DNA of 64,000 nucleotides from the NCBI GenBank assembly GCA_027022365.1, contig JALVYU010000026.1, positions 544,001-608,000 of the forward strand. Direction: 5' to 3'. This DNA is from Desulfurococcales archaeon. GTDB taxonomy: Archaea; Thermoproteota; Thermoprotei_A; Sulfolobales; Desulfurococcaceae. Below, one piece after another: positions 1-9,998 of this stretch (position 1 is its first letter; the number at the start of each line of letters is the position of its first letter). The notes under the pieces are model-generated. The model saw nothing but the letters and a program-made list of their open reading frames with translations. It ran no database searches and was not told where the DNA came from. A program made the translations under genes and the position numbers.

Positions 1-806
1 GGGGGTGTCCATATGGATGCATATACTGTACGACAAGCTATTACTGGGGCAGAAGAATACGCTACCGCTCCCCCAGGAATGTTGCAGAAGAAATAGAGTT
101 CCTTGTGGATAAGTACAGGGTAGAACACGTAGTTTTCACCGATGACGAACTAACAGCCAATAGACGCTTCGTCTACGGGCTCATCGAGGAGATGAAGAAG
201 AGGGGGCTAGACATAGGATTCGCCTGTGGCGCCCGGGTAAACCATATGGACAAGGATTTCATGAAGTTCCTCTACAACAATGGTTGCGTTGCGCTCTACT
301 TCGGCGTAGAATCCGGGACACAGAGGATACTGGACAAGATCGGGAAGATGATAAGCCTAGACCAAGTCAGAAAAGTGTTTAGGTGGAAGAGGGAGATCGG
401 GGGCTTCGCAACGGCTTCTTTCATTCTCGGATTTCCTTGGGAAACGATCGATGATATGAAGAAGACCGTGGAACTCGCCATAGATATTGATCCCGACTAT
501 GCACAGTTCACGGTGCTGACACCATATCCGGGCACACCCTTGTTCGACTACGCTATGCGGTACGGCTTGATCGAGGACTGGAACTGGGAGCACTACACGA
601 CGCTGAGACCTGTTATGAGGGGCTTCAAGTTTACACGGGAGCAGGTCGCCAAGATGCTCAAGTATGCATATAGGAAGTTCTTCATAAGATCGGCGTTTAT
701 TCTCCGCGAGCTCAGGGCTGGGAGGCTGAAGGATATACTCGGGATCATAGCTCGTGAAACAATATCTATTCTTGCCGATAAGCTTAGAAGCGTTATAGGG
801 CGCTAG
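1..806 (+). CDS. Radical SAM protein (B12-binding/class B-like), 5'-truncated by window edge
   Basis: Frame is open from base 3 and reads GCPYGCIYC (CxxxCxxC), then FTDDEL, FGVESG and FILGFPWET. Confidence 0.85.
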   Translation, partial: GCPYGCIYCTTSYYWGRRIRYRSPRNVAEEIEFLVDKYRVEHVVFTDDELTANRRFVYGLIEEMKKRGLDIGFACGARVNHMDKDFMKFLYNNGCVALYFGVESGTQRILDKIGKMISLDQVRKVFRWKREIGGFATASFILGFPWETIDDMKKTVELAIDIDPDYAQFTVLTPYPGTPLFDYAMRYGLIEDWNWEHYTTLRPVMRGFKFTREQVAKMLKYAYRKFFIRSAFILRELRAGRLKDILGIIARETISILADKLRSVIGR

Positions 807-820
807 GCTGCTCCAGCGGT

Positions 821-1027
821 CTAACCCCCTATACCCTGTAAAATAATCTTTACTTCCCCTTCGGATTCTATGACGTAATCTGGATCATCTATTAAACGGC
901 CGTTATAGACGATAGCAACGGAGTCAGGGTCATCTATGCCTAGCTTTTCCAGGATCTCTCTTAGCGTGAGTCTTTTCTCCTTAAAAACAACTTCTCTCTT
1001 ATCGTGGAGAACCACTGCCTTGATCAT
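821..1027 (-). CDS. MoaD/ThiS-family ubiquitin-like sulfur carrier (SAMP/Urm1-like)
   Basis: 68 aa, beta-grasp pattern (VAIVYNG), C-terminal GG. Confidence 0.8.
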   Translation of the reverse strand: MIKAVVLHDKREVVFKEKRLTLREILEKLGIDDPDSVAIVYNGRLIDDPDYVIESEGEVKIILQGIGG

Positions 1028-1358
1028 TATTGTTGGCCCTGACGCTGTTATCTAGCCATTTAAGATAGTCCGGATAACCCCCTATTATGGGTAAGGCTAT
1101 GATCTCGGGTACCTCATAGCTGTGCAGCGACTTTATCCTCCTCACGAGTTTGCCCAGCTGGGTCACCTTGGTCTTAATGATGAGGAGTGCCTCGCCGCTT
1201 TTCTCGACCTTGTTGTTCCACCAATAGATGCTCTCTATTTTCTCGACTATATTAGTGCATGCAGCTAACTTGTTCTTGACTATGTCTTCAGCGATGCGCT
1301 CAGCCTCCTCTTTATTGGAGGTTGTGACTAGTACTAGGACCCATCCGCCACCGATCAT
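999..1358 (-). CDS. cutA: Divalent-cation tolerance protein CutA
   Basis: LAACTNI, SIYWW and HSYEVPEIIALP motifs. Confidence 0.92.
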   Translation of the reverse strand: MIGGGWVLVLVTTSNKEEAERIAEDIVKNKLAACTNIVEKIESIYWWNNKVEKSGEALLIIKTKVTQLGKLVRRIKSLHSYEVPEIIALPIIGGYPDYLKWLDNSVRANNNDQGSGSPR

Positions 1359-1360
1359 GG

Positions 1361-1666
1361 TTATGCCTCCACGGTAACCGGGCTATTGCTCGCAGCCATT
1401 GATTCGGCTGTTTGGTGCTCGGTCCTAATATCGATTTCGAACGAGCCGAGTCTTAGCGCCTGAAGCAGTTTCTCGCCAAGACTCGTCAGTTTGTATACCC
1501 GGTGTGTCCCCCTAGAGTAAATCGTTGTCACGAAGCCCAGTGCTTCAAGGACATGGAAGGACGCGAGCACCTCGTACCTGGGAAGCCCCGTCTTGCCCGC
1601 TATGTCTCCGGGGTTTCGTGGCGCCTTGTAGAGCTCCTCGAGGATTAGTCTTAGCTTCCACTGCAT
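1361..1666 (-). CDS. Winged-helix DNA-binding protein
   Basis: HTH (PGDIAGKTGLPRYEV) followed by wing (VYKLTSLG). Confidence 0.7.
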   Translation of the reverse strand: MQWKLRLILEELYKAPRNPGDIAGKTGLPRYEVLASFHVLEALGFVTTIYSRGTHRVYKLTSLGEKLLQALRLGSFEIDIRTEHQTAESMAASNSPVTVEA

Positions 1667-1815
1667 CTGGTCTCACCGGTAACATGTATTGCTGGGAGCA
1701 TTGGGTTTTAAGCGGGGAGGGCCATCAGGTATTTGTCCGGGGGTTTATCTGTTTTCTTCGACATAGATTGATTTACTAGTGTACAGACTAGTGTACTATG
1801 GGGTAGGATGAACTA

Positions 1816-2526
1816 TTGACGGGCTACGGCGAGATCAGAGGCACTGTGAGCGTTGCTGGTAATACTATATCTGTTACCGGCGAGGGAGATGTTATCAAGT
1901 ATAGAAGGGAGTGGAGAGGCGGAGAGTACACGCGTCTCCTCGTCCGGCCCAGGAGGCTTGAGCTCGTCCCAATGTATCCCGTACTGCTCCCCAAGAAGAT
2001 AACTAATTACGTAATGGTGAGGCTCCTCGAGCCCATCCATATCCCTAGCCGTGGAGAAGCAATGATCTATATCAAGATACCGGTGGAGCTCGCTGTAATG
2101 ACTTATGACAGGTATAGGAGATATGACCTGGTGGACGTATTCCCCGTCATGAAAATCAAGTACGTACTGTACGGTTCACCTGACAGAGGACTAATAGCTC
2201 GTTACTGGGAATCAGTCCCCATGACCGACCCGCCGGACACGAGTATTGGTGAAGCACGCGTCCTAGTCAATATTAGGAGCAGGTATGATGGATGGGTAGA
2301 GATAGGGAGGATTCTCCTCGACTCACAGATACTCAAGCTATACTATGTGCCCGGCACGTGGAGGGCTAGCACGCAAGCCATAACAATGGTGGTTAACAGC
2401 CCAGCGACCGCAACCATATACTATGGACGCAAAGTCGAGATGGAGGCAAGGCCTGTGCATGATCCTCCCGGGCTTAGGCCTCCAAGGATACTTGCGCGCA
2501 CCGAGATGCTGTATGGTCTGAGGTGA
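1816..2526 (+). CDS. DUF432-family protein
   Basis: Y-R-R...P.YP...KYVLYG.P..G.IARY pattern; lies upstream of mscS as usual for this family. Confidence 0.7.
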   Translation: MTGYGEIRGTVSVAGNTISVTGEGDVIKYRREWRGGEYTRLLVRPRRLELVPMYPVLLPKKITNYVMVRLLEPIHIPSRGEAMIYIKIPVELAVMTYDRYRRYDLVDVFPVMKIKYVLYGSPDRGLIARYWESVPMTDPPDTSIGEARVLVNIRSRYDGWVEIGRILLDSQILKLYYVPGTWRASTQAITMVVNSPATATIYYGRKVEMEARPVHDPPGLRPPRILARTEMLYGLR

Positions 2527-2532
2527 GGTTCG

Positions 2533-3429
2533 ATGGAGGAATTCAACTTCACGTCAGCGTTCTACTGGATACGTGAAGTAAACTGGCCGGGCCTCCTGAT
2601 GGCTATACTAATAATCGTGGGCGGTCTTCTGATAGCGTCTCTGCTCCGAAAACTCATATATAAGCTCATGATAAGAGTCGCCCCAGAGCCTGTTTCCAGG
2701 AACGTGTCAAGGGCTATCTATTACATCATAGTCTTCGTGGCCGGGATCTCGGCTCTTGGAAGCCTAGGCATAAATCTCACGGGCGTCTTCCTCGCGGGTG
2801 GTATAATAGGTATAATCTTGGGCTTCGCTCTCCAAAGCATAACGGCAAACCTGTTCTCGGGCCTATTCTTGTACTGGGAGAAGCCCTTCAGCCCCGGAGA
2901 CCTGGTGGAGGTGAGCGGTGTGCAGGGATGGATAACCGACGTAACGATCATGTCGACCAGGATACTCGGCCTTGACGGCGTCAAGGTCAGGATACCGAAC
3001 CAAGAGGTGTTCCAGTCCAGGATCAAGAACTACAGCATGACAGCTGCACGTAGACTAGACTTCATAGTAGGCATTGCCTACAAGGAGGACGCGGAGAAAG
3101 CATACGAGGTCATAAGGAGAGTACTGGACGAACACCCGCTCGTACTCGTCCACCCGGCTCCCGACGTCTTTGTTGAGGAACTCGGAGATAGCAGCGTCAA
3201 TATAAGGGTGAGGGTATGGGTTCCATCAAAGGGGATGCTCTGGTACGAGGTCTACAAGGACCTGCTATGGAAGATTAAGAAGGCGATAACCGAGGCGGGC
3301 ATAGAGATACCGTTCATACAGAACGATGTCTGGTTCAGGACCCCGCTCGAGATAAGGATTAGGAAGGAAGAAGATAGGAGGAGAAAACTCCAGCCCTCAT
3401 CTAGATCCACACATCGATTCGAGGAGTGA
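2533..3429 (+). CDS. mscS: Small-conductance mechanosensitive channel
   Basis: 3 TM helices; GFALQ..ANLFSG, PF..GD.V, IPN and GIEIPF motifs. Confidence 0.92.
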   Translation: MEEFNFTSAFYWIREVNWPGLLMAILIIVGGLLIASLLRKLIYKLMIRVAPEPVSRNVSRAIYYIIVFVAGISALGSLGINLTGVFLAGGIIGIILGFALQSITANLFSGLFLYWEKPFSPGDLVEVSGVQGWITDVTIMSTRILGLDGVKVRIPNQEVFQSRIKNYSMTAARRLDFIVGIAYKEDAEKAYEVIRRVLDEHPLVLVHPAPDVFVEELGDSSVNIRVRVWVPSKGMLWYEVYKDLLWKIKKAITEAGIEIPFIQNDVWFRTPLEIRIRKEEDRRRKLQPSSRSTHRFEE

Positions 3430-5460
3430 TACTGAGGCCTTTCTAGCGGCTCTCTCAAGTATTTTCTCGGCCTCCGATGCGCTGAGCCCTGTGAAGCCAG
3501 CTATGTCTGTTATTGTCTTTCCCTGTAGGAGCCTCGCAACAAGCACGTGTTTCTCCTTCTCTCCTAGGCGGTTCCAGTCCAGTTTATCGATATATGCTAT
3601 GAGGATATCCGCTATACTCTCCAAATAGACGTTTTCGCCGGCGATGTATTTCTTGAGCCGCGAACAATCCAGGGCGACGGGTATTTCTCCGGGCGTTAGC
3701 GAACCCAGTGCCTCCACGAGCTTCTCTGTCCCGAAGTCCCTGTACGATATATGGGCTGTGAGGGCCAGTACCCGGTAGCCTATCCTCGAGAGCATTTCCT
3801 CCACATATTTTTTCTCATTATCGAGGATCTTTATCACGGCTACGTTTTTCTCCCCGGTAGCCCTATTGTACCTGGGGCTTACATAGAAGGCTCTGTAGCC
3901 GTTCCTAGTCCAGAACCTTATCGTCGTGTAGCCCGAAAATATTGCACCCACGCCATGTTTACCGGTGCGTTGTGCCTCCTCTTCGATCTCTCTGAGTAGC
4001 CTCGACCCTATTCCTCTTCTCTGCAGTGATGGCGTGACGGCTATCCTTACAACACGCCATATCCTCAGACCTCCTGCTTCCACGCCATACCTCGATATCT
4101 TGTCGATAAGCCTGACAGACCTGTCATTGCCGCCCGCCTCCTCATGCCTGAGCTGAGCGACAGCGACAATGTCTCCCCTTCCATCAACCACACACCTGAT
4201 GTCGAAGTAGTCCGTGTCCAGTAGGAGGACGAGATCGTCTGGCTCGTTCCTGTAATGAGCCGTCACCAGTAGACCATATATCCTGCGGAGCAACCCATAA
4301 TCTCCTACCAGCTCGTCCTTGTCGACTACTCTGTACTGGAGGGGCTCAACGACCTCCTTCTTATCGAGGGGCTCGGCGTCAAGGTGGAAAACCCTGTAGA
4401 AGAGTCTTTCGAGGGGATCGCCGGGATAATAGCGTATAGGCCTCGACAGCTTGACAACTGTTTTCCTGTGGAAGTACTCCTCCATTATCTTGAGGATCGC
4501 CCGCCCGCTTCCTTCATAGCCGTGGATAGTGGTCGAGGCTATGACTTTCCCGATCCTCCTATACCACCTCATGAGCCTAGCGACACCGACGGCCGCTGCC
4601 TCATCCACGAACAAAGGCTTATCAAAGCCGTCAACCCGTCTCCAGGGCCTCCTATACACGATGGTTGAGCCGGAGCTGGAGACACTGGTGATGAGCCCGT
4701 CCCCCGTCTCCACAGCGGCCCGGAGGCCTAGAGCCTCTAATCCCCTGATTAGGTGTTTGAAGAAGCTCTGAACAGCCTCAGGGCTATGCCCTACCACGCA
4801 GTACCGGCCCCTACGCTTAGCCATGACATATGCTGCCATAAGCCCCAATACGCTGCTCTTACCTCTCCCCCGGTCACCGATAACCATCAACAACTTGTTC
4901 CTACCATAGAGGAACGAGGGGAGAGAGCGGAGGGCGCGTGCTTGTCCCGGTGACGCCGTCAAGCATAGGAGTCTACGTATAATCCTATCACTGCTCGAGA
5001 CACTGGGACTGAACTTGGTCTGCGGGGGCCTGACAGTATAGATGTTTAGGCCCGCGAGCTCGCCATGCCTATAAATGGCCGTGTTGTCCGCCTCACGTAC
5101 CCGTGCCTCGAAGTATCTGCCGAACCTTGTATCCGACAGCTCCACGGGTACTTGGAGCAAGTAGTAGCCAGCCCTCGAGACGAGCTCCATGGTCGCGGCC
5201 AACAGGTTTCCGGGCCAGCCCCTACCACCTTCTAGTAGTAGCGCGACACTCCTATACTCCGCACCAAGCAGTCTGTGGGCATCCTTAAAGGAGACGGTCT
5301 CACTGCACTGTTCTAGGCTGGTCTCCGCATATCGAGATATGCATAGCTCGTACTCAGCATCATTGCTGATTTCTTCCAGTGTGCTCGGCGCCCCGACGAA
5401 GTATATGAATCCACGCCATCCCAGATCGGTCAGCTTCCCAGCTACTTCGCCGATCCCCAT
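3397..5460 (-). CDS. TmcA/Nat10-family RNA cytidine acetyltransferase, shorter paralog
   Basis: GDRGRGKS, DEAA, TTIHGYEGSGR, AHYRNEPDDL and RIAV.PSLQRRGIGS motifs; ATG at 5460 preceded by AGGTGA RBS. Confidence 0.85.
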   Translation of the reverse strand: MGIGEVAGKLTDLGWRGFIYFVGAPSTLEEISNDAEYELCISRYAETSLEQCSETVSFKDAHRLLGAEYRSVALLLEGGRGWPGNLLAATMELVSRAGYYLLQVPVELSDTRFGRYFEARVREADNTAIYRHGELAGLNIYTVRPPQTKFSPSVSSSDRIIRRLLCLTASPGQARALRSLPSFLYGRNKLLMVIGDRGRGKSSVLGLMAAYVMAKRRGRYCVVGHSPEAVQSFFKHLIRGLEALGLRAAVETGDGLITSVSSSGSTIVYRRPWRRVDGFDKPLFVDEAAAVGVARLMRWYRRIGKVIASTTIHGYEGSGRAILKIMEEYFHRKTVVKLSRPIRYYPGDPLERLFYRVFHLDAEPLDKKEVVEPLQYRVVDKDELVGDYGLLRRIYGLLVTAHYRNEPDDLVLLLDTDYFDIRCVVDGRGDIVAVAQLRHEEAGGNDRSVRLIDKISRYGVEAGGLRIWRVVRIAVTPSLQRRGIGSRLLREIEEEAQRTGKHGVGAIFSGYTTIRFWTRNGYRAFYVSPRYNRATGEKNVAVIKILDNEKKYVEEMLSRIGYRVLALTAHISYRDFGTEKLVEALGSLTPGEIPVALDCSRLKKYIAGENVYLESIADILIAYIDKLDWNRLGEKEKHVLVARLLQGKTITDIAGFTGLSASEAEKILERAARKASVSLLESMCGSR

Positions 5461-6038
5461 CTTGATCACCTTGACTATGATACATTATCCATTACTATGT
5501 ACAGTGTCTCATAATAAAATAAACTTGTATCCCAGGTCATAGACGGGTTGCTCCAGACATGTTCCGAGACAGGGATAACTCCCCGGTTACCAGCCCGATC
5601 GAACATAGACCCGGAACCCAAGTACTCTAATGGTATAGTTAATCCCCACTTAACTTTCCAGCGGTAAAGTTAACCCGCCATCCACCCAGAACTGTACATA
5701 GCTACAATACAGTATCCAAAAACAGATAATAAATATCAAAACAATATAAACTGTAGGACAGAACTACGAATAAATGAAGAAAACAAACATATAAGAAACC
5801 TGTCGGCCCCTGCAGAACCCTGAGGAGCAGCCAGATAATACCGGCTAGAAACGTGGAGGCCCCCCTAAGCAGGTTATACCTAGGTAGACAGAACAGTAGC
5901 TTAAGGCTATCTGCAAAAAGAGTAATACCATAATAAAACGCTAACAATGTATAGTAATATGTATACGAGTATAATAGTTCAATAAATAATTATCGTTATT
6001 ACGAATTTTATTTTAAACAATAAATGTGTGTAAAGCTT

Positions 6039-6143
6039 ATGAAGTATTACCTCGAGCCACTATCTTGTCTGGGAACCCGCTATACTATCTAGCTCAGACA
6101 ACGTTTTTTCACGTATATCACTGATTTGAGGTAATACCTTCAT
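6039..6143. repeat. Nested inverted-repeat element (possible structured ncRNA or MITE-like relic)
   Basis: ATGAAG-TATTACCTCGA pairs with TTGAGGTAATACCTTCAT; inner TTGTCTGGG pairs with CTCAGACAA. Confidence 0.5.
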
Positions 6144-6258
6144 TAATTCTATACAGTATTAAATAATATGGTACTCCATCATTATATAAAAGATACAGAA
6201 TCAATATCATTATACTTAAAGTAAGACTTTTAAACTATATTGTAGATTACATTATAGT

Positions 6259-8097
6259 TTATTCCACTGTAACAGTTTTCGCTAGATTTCTCGGCTTATC
6301 GGGATCATATCCTTTATTTACTGCAATATAGTAGCTTAATAGTTGCATAAACGGTGTATGTGTAAATGGAACAAGCAATTTATCCGCGGTAGATGTCTCT
6401 ATTCTTATATCCAGTTTACATCCACTACATGTACTCGCGGACAATACACCGATCGTCAGGGCCCCCCGGCTCTTCATCTCCTCAATGTTCCCCATAAGGA
6501 GACCGATAAGCCTAGGATCATTGGGTATAATAAAGATAACAGGAAATCCCTCCTCAACCAGAGCTATCGGGCCATGCTTAGACTCCCCGGCAGGATACGC
6601 CTCGGCATGTATATACCCTATTTCTTTCACTTTGAGAGCCCCCTCCATAGCCACAGGAACACCTATTCCTCTGCTCAGAACATAGATTGAATGAGCACCA
6701 CTGATCTTCTCAGCCAGTCTCTCTGCTACAGGCTTCGACTTCTCTATTGCCTGGCGCGTTAGTCCCGGTGTTTTCTCCGCTTCTCCTAATAGTTTGGAGG
6801 CTTCTGCCCGGGTTATCTTGCCTGTTGCGAGGGCGTGGTGGACTGATAGCCAGTATAGGGCTAGTGCTTGTGATGTGAAGGTCTTCGTCGCGGCCACGCC
6901 TATCTCGGGCCCTGCCCTCGTGTATATTGTTACGTCGCTTTCCCGGGGTATGCTGCTCTCGATGATATTTGATACAGCGATCACTCTGGCTCCCTGCTTC
7001 TTTGCTTCTCTGACGGCGTTGAGTGTGTCCATTGTCTCGCCGCTCTGGCTCACGGCGATGACTGCGTCTCCCTCGTTGATCGTCTTTGTATAGAGCTCGT
7101 ACTCGCTGGCGATGAATGGATGTACTAGTGTACCGGAGAGTATACTTGTTAGGAGAGCGTAGTAGAGGCCTGCGTGATAGCTTGTCCCGGCGGCTGTAAC
7201 GTAGATCTTCTCCGCGTCGAGCAGTATGTCTACGGCTTTCTCTACTGCTCTATCCTTCCTGATCCCCGCCAATGTGTTGTGGAGCGCTACCGGCTGCTCC
7301 ATGATCTCTTTGAGCATGTAGTGGGGATAACCCGATTTCGTTGCATCCTCAACGCTCCACTCGACGACAACGATATATTTTCTCCAATCAACTGGTTCCC
7401 CATGCCCATTGTATAGCTTGATCTCTCTGGGCGATATGTAGCCGTGCCACCCATCTCTAAGAACGATTATCCGGCGTGTAAGCTCTATCAAAGCAGCTAT
7501 ATCGCTGGCGACCGCGTTGAAGCCGTCGCCGAGACCTATTACGAGGGGGTTCTTGTTCTTTGCATAGAAGATCCTGTCCGGCTCGTGCACGCTTATCATT
7601 GCAAAAGCATAGCTTCCACGCACAGCATCGATAGCCTTCTTGAATGCATCCATAACATCCCCCGACTCGAGGAAAAATTCCTCGACGAGATGCGGTAGCA
7701 CCTCAGTATCCGTATCACTCCTGAAAACATGTCCTTTCTCCTCCAAGAACCTGCGTAGCTCTGCATGGTTCTCGAGAATACCGTTGTGTACCACGGCGAA
7801 CCAGTTCCTACAATCGGTGTGCGGATGCGCATTGTTGTCGCTTGGTATGCCATGGGTTGCCCAGCGTGTATGCCCTATCATACAATATGATCTTATCTCT
7901 TCGAAGCCCAGCCTACGGGAGACCTCTTCAATCTTTCCCCGCGCCTTACGGACCACTATAGTGTTGCCTACAATGCCGGCTACACCGGCCGAGTCGTAGC
8001 CCCTGTACTCAAGCCGTAGGAGAGCCCTAACTATGAGGCTCGCCACGCCGCGTGGGAGGTTGTGGGGCATTGCTGTTATACCGATTATTCCGCACAA
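6259..8097 (-). CDS. glmS: Glutamine--fructose-6-phosphate aminotransferase
   Basis: MCGIIG N-terminus, GHTRWATHG, SQSGET, PRNLAKTVTVE. Confidence 0.97.
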   Translation of the reverse strand: MCGIIGITAMPHNLPRGVASLIVRALLRLEYRGYDSAGVAGIVGNTIVVRKARGKIEEVSRRLGFEEIRSYCMIGHTRWATHGIPSDNNAHPHTDCRNWFAVVHNGILENHAELRRFLEEKGHVFRSDTDTEVLPHLVEEFFLESGDVMDAFKKAIDAVRGSYAFAMISVHEPDRIFYAKNKNPLVIGLGDGFNAVASDIAALIELTRRIIVLRDGWHGYISPREIKLYNGHGEPVDWRKYIVVVEWSVEDATKSGYPHYMLKEIMEQPVALHNTLAGIRKDRAVEKAVDILLDAEKIYVTAAGTSYHAGLYYALLTSILSGTLVHPFIASEYELYTKTINEGDAVIAVSQSGETMDTLNAVREAKKQGARVIAVSNIIESSIPRESDVTIYTRAGPEIGVAATKTFTSQALALYWLSVHHALATGKITRAEASKLLGEAEKTPGLTRQAIEKSKPVAERLAEKISGAHSIYVLSRGIGVPVAMEGALKVKEIGYIHAEAYPAGESKHGPIALVEEGFPVIFIIPNDPRLIGLLMGNIEEMKSRGALTIGVLSASTCSGCKLDIRIETSTADKLLVPFTHTPFMQLLSYYIAVNKGYDPDKPRNLAKTVTVE

Positions 8098-8212
8098 AAT
8101 AGTGCACCATTGGGAGCGCTGTGTGGATTCTTATTGTCTCCTTCATATGGATGTCAAGAGGGGTAGAAATTTATATCTCCTACCTATATCGTTTTTCCAT
8201 GGGGTGGATTAC

Positions 8213-9241
8213 ATGAATAAAGGTATAATTATTGTTGCAATCCTGGTCATAGTGTCCATAATTATAGGTTACTATTACTACGCGATAAACACGGTTCAGC
8301 AGGGAAAAACAATAACAATATTCTGTGCTGGAAGCCTCACAATACCATTAGAGAAACTCGCCAAAACATATACGCAGCAAACAAAGGTCAACGTACAGAT
8401 AGTGCCCAGCGGGAGCTTAATGGTTATTAGAAAAGTAGCAGAGCTGCACGAAAACCCCGACATAGTAGCCGTTGCAGATTACAGGCTAATAAAATACTAT
8501 CTATACCCCAACTACACTAAATGGTACATAGCGTTCGCGTCAAACCAAGTAGTACTCGTCTTCACAAAGCACTCCAAGTACGCGGAGGAACTAGAGAAGA
8601 ACCCCTCCAAATGGTACGAGGTACTCGCAAGGCCAGGCGTTAAATGGGGGTTCTCCAACCCCAACGACGACCCATGCGGCTACAGGGCCGTGGGGATCAT
8701 AGGTCTAGCTACGCTCTACTACCACAACAAGACAATAATCGACACGCTCATCGTCAAAAACACGAACATAAGGTACAAGATAAGCAACGATAAGATCGAG
8801 ATATATGTTCCGGAGAACCTGACCGTCCGTAACAACCTGGTGATAAGGCCTAAGAGTGTAGACCTAATAAGTCTGCTAGAATCGGGACAGCTAGACTATG
8901 CGTTCGAATACAAGAGCGTCGCTGTCCAGCACAACCTCAGCTATATCGAGCTGCCACCACAGCTCAACCTCGGTGACTCGTCCCAGGCAAGCTTCTACGC
9001 TAAATCAATAGTTTACGTAATGGCTGGCACGAGCCAGGAAAAACCAATAGTGATGGCCCCGATCCTCTATGGTGTAACCATACTCGATAACGCGAAGCAT
9101 TACCAAGAAGCACTAAAATACGTAGAAATGCTACTAGGGAGCACAGGTAGAGAAATATTCAGCCGGTGCGGCCAGAAGATATTGGATCACCCACTAGTCT
9201 ACGGAAACCCGCCAGAGGAGATAAAGCGTATTGCTGGCTAG
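8213..9241 (+). CDS. wtpA: Tungstate/molybdate ABC transporter substrate-binding protein
   Basis: N-terminal TM anchor, AGSL, SNPNDDPCGYR, DYAFEYKSVA; start revised to ATG 8213. Confidence 0.9.
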   Translation: MNKGIIIVAILVIVSIIIGYYYYAINTVQQGKTITIFCAGSLTIPLEKLAKTYTQQTKVNVQIVPSGSLMVIRKVAELHENPDIVAVADYRLIKYYLYPNYTKWYIAFASNQVVLVFTKHSKYAEELEKNPSKWYEVLARPGVKWGFSNPNDDPCGYRAVGIIGLATLYYHNKTIIDTLIVKNTNIRYKISNDKIEIYVPENLTVRNNLVIRPKSVDLISLLESGQLDYAFEYKSVAVQHNLSYIELPPQLNLGDSSQASFYAKSIVYVMAGTSQEKPIVMAPILYGVTILDNAKHYQEALKYVEMLLGSTGREIFSRCGQKILDHPLVYGNPPEEIKRIAG

Positions 9242-9998
9242 CATCGAGAAAACACTACTGGTGTTTGCGGGAGTACTAACAATAGCTCTTTTCATCATAG
9301 TCGCCCCCATCCTGTCTCTATACATCATAGTCCCCCCACAGGAATACGCGGTGTTTTTCGGTTCGAACGCACAGATATTCGTGGTGGCCCGCAAAGCACT
9401 AATGACAAGCATAACGGCGGCCACAGCCGCAACACTATCTCTCCTAGCACTAGGCATACCGAGCGCCTACGTATTGGCACGTGCAGAGTTCCCCGGCAAA
9501 AGAGTGATCGAAGCCATAATCGACATACCATTACTCATACCCCACATAGTCGTCGGCATAATCCTCCTCCTAACATTTGGTCCACGAGGACCCATAAACC
9601 TCCACATAATGGACACGTTCAACGGCGTAGTCCTAGCAATGATGTATGTAAGCCTGCCGATAATGTTCGACACACTCAAAATAGGCTTCAAAACAATTGA
9701 TGAAGAACTAGAACTGGTGGCGAGAAGCCTGGGCGCATCCAAGATAAAAGCGTTCACAACCATAACATTGCCACTCATAAAACGCAACATATTGGCGGGA
9801 AGCCTCTTAACATGGGCCAGGGCAATGAGCGAGGTAGGCTCGATCCTAATAATCGCCTACTACCCAAAGACAATAAACATAGTAATACTCGAGGCGTTCC
9901 AGACATACGGGCTAAAGTATGCGGCCATACTCTCAGCTGTCCTTATAACAATCTCCTTAACAGTATTTATAGCTCTAAGAATGGTGTATAGAGAATGA
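9231..9998 (+). CDS. wtpB: Tungstate ABC transporter permease
   Basis: DIPLLIPHIVVG, EAA loop (ARSLGAS), WARAMSEVG. Confidence 0.88.
   Translation: MLASIEKTLLVFAGVLTIALFIIVAPILSLYIIVPPQEYAVFFGSNAQIFVVARKALMTSITAATAATLSLLALGIPSAYVLARAEFPGKRVIEAIIDIPLLIPHIVVGIILLLTFGPRGPINLHIMDTFNGVVLAMMYVSLPIMFDTLKIGFKTIDEELELVARSLGASKIKAFTTITLPLIKRNILAGSLLTWARAMSEVGSILIIAYYPKTINIVILEAFQTYGLKYAAILSAVLITISLTVFIALRMVYRE

Noticed and set aside
5702-5947. 81-aa - strand ORF in the intergenic region
   Set aside because: Low-complexity Phe/Leu/Tyr translation of an A-rich tract; no RBS or motif
8033-8212. N-terminal extension of wtpA
   Set aside because: Overlaps the glmS start; the anchor helix and RBS fit ATG 8213
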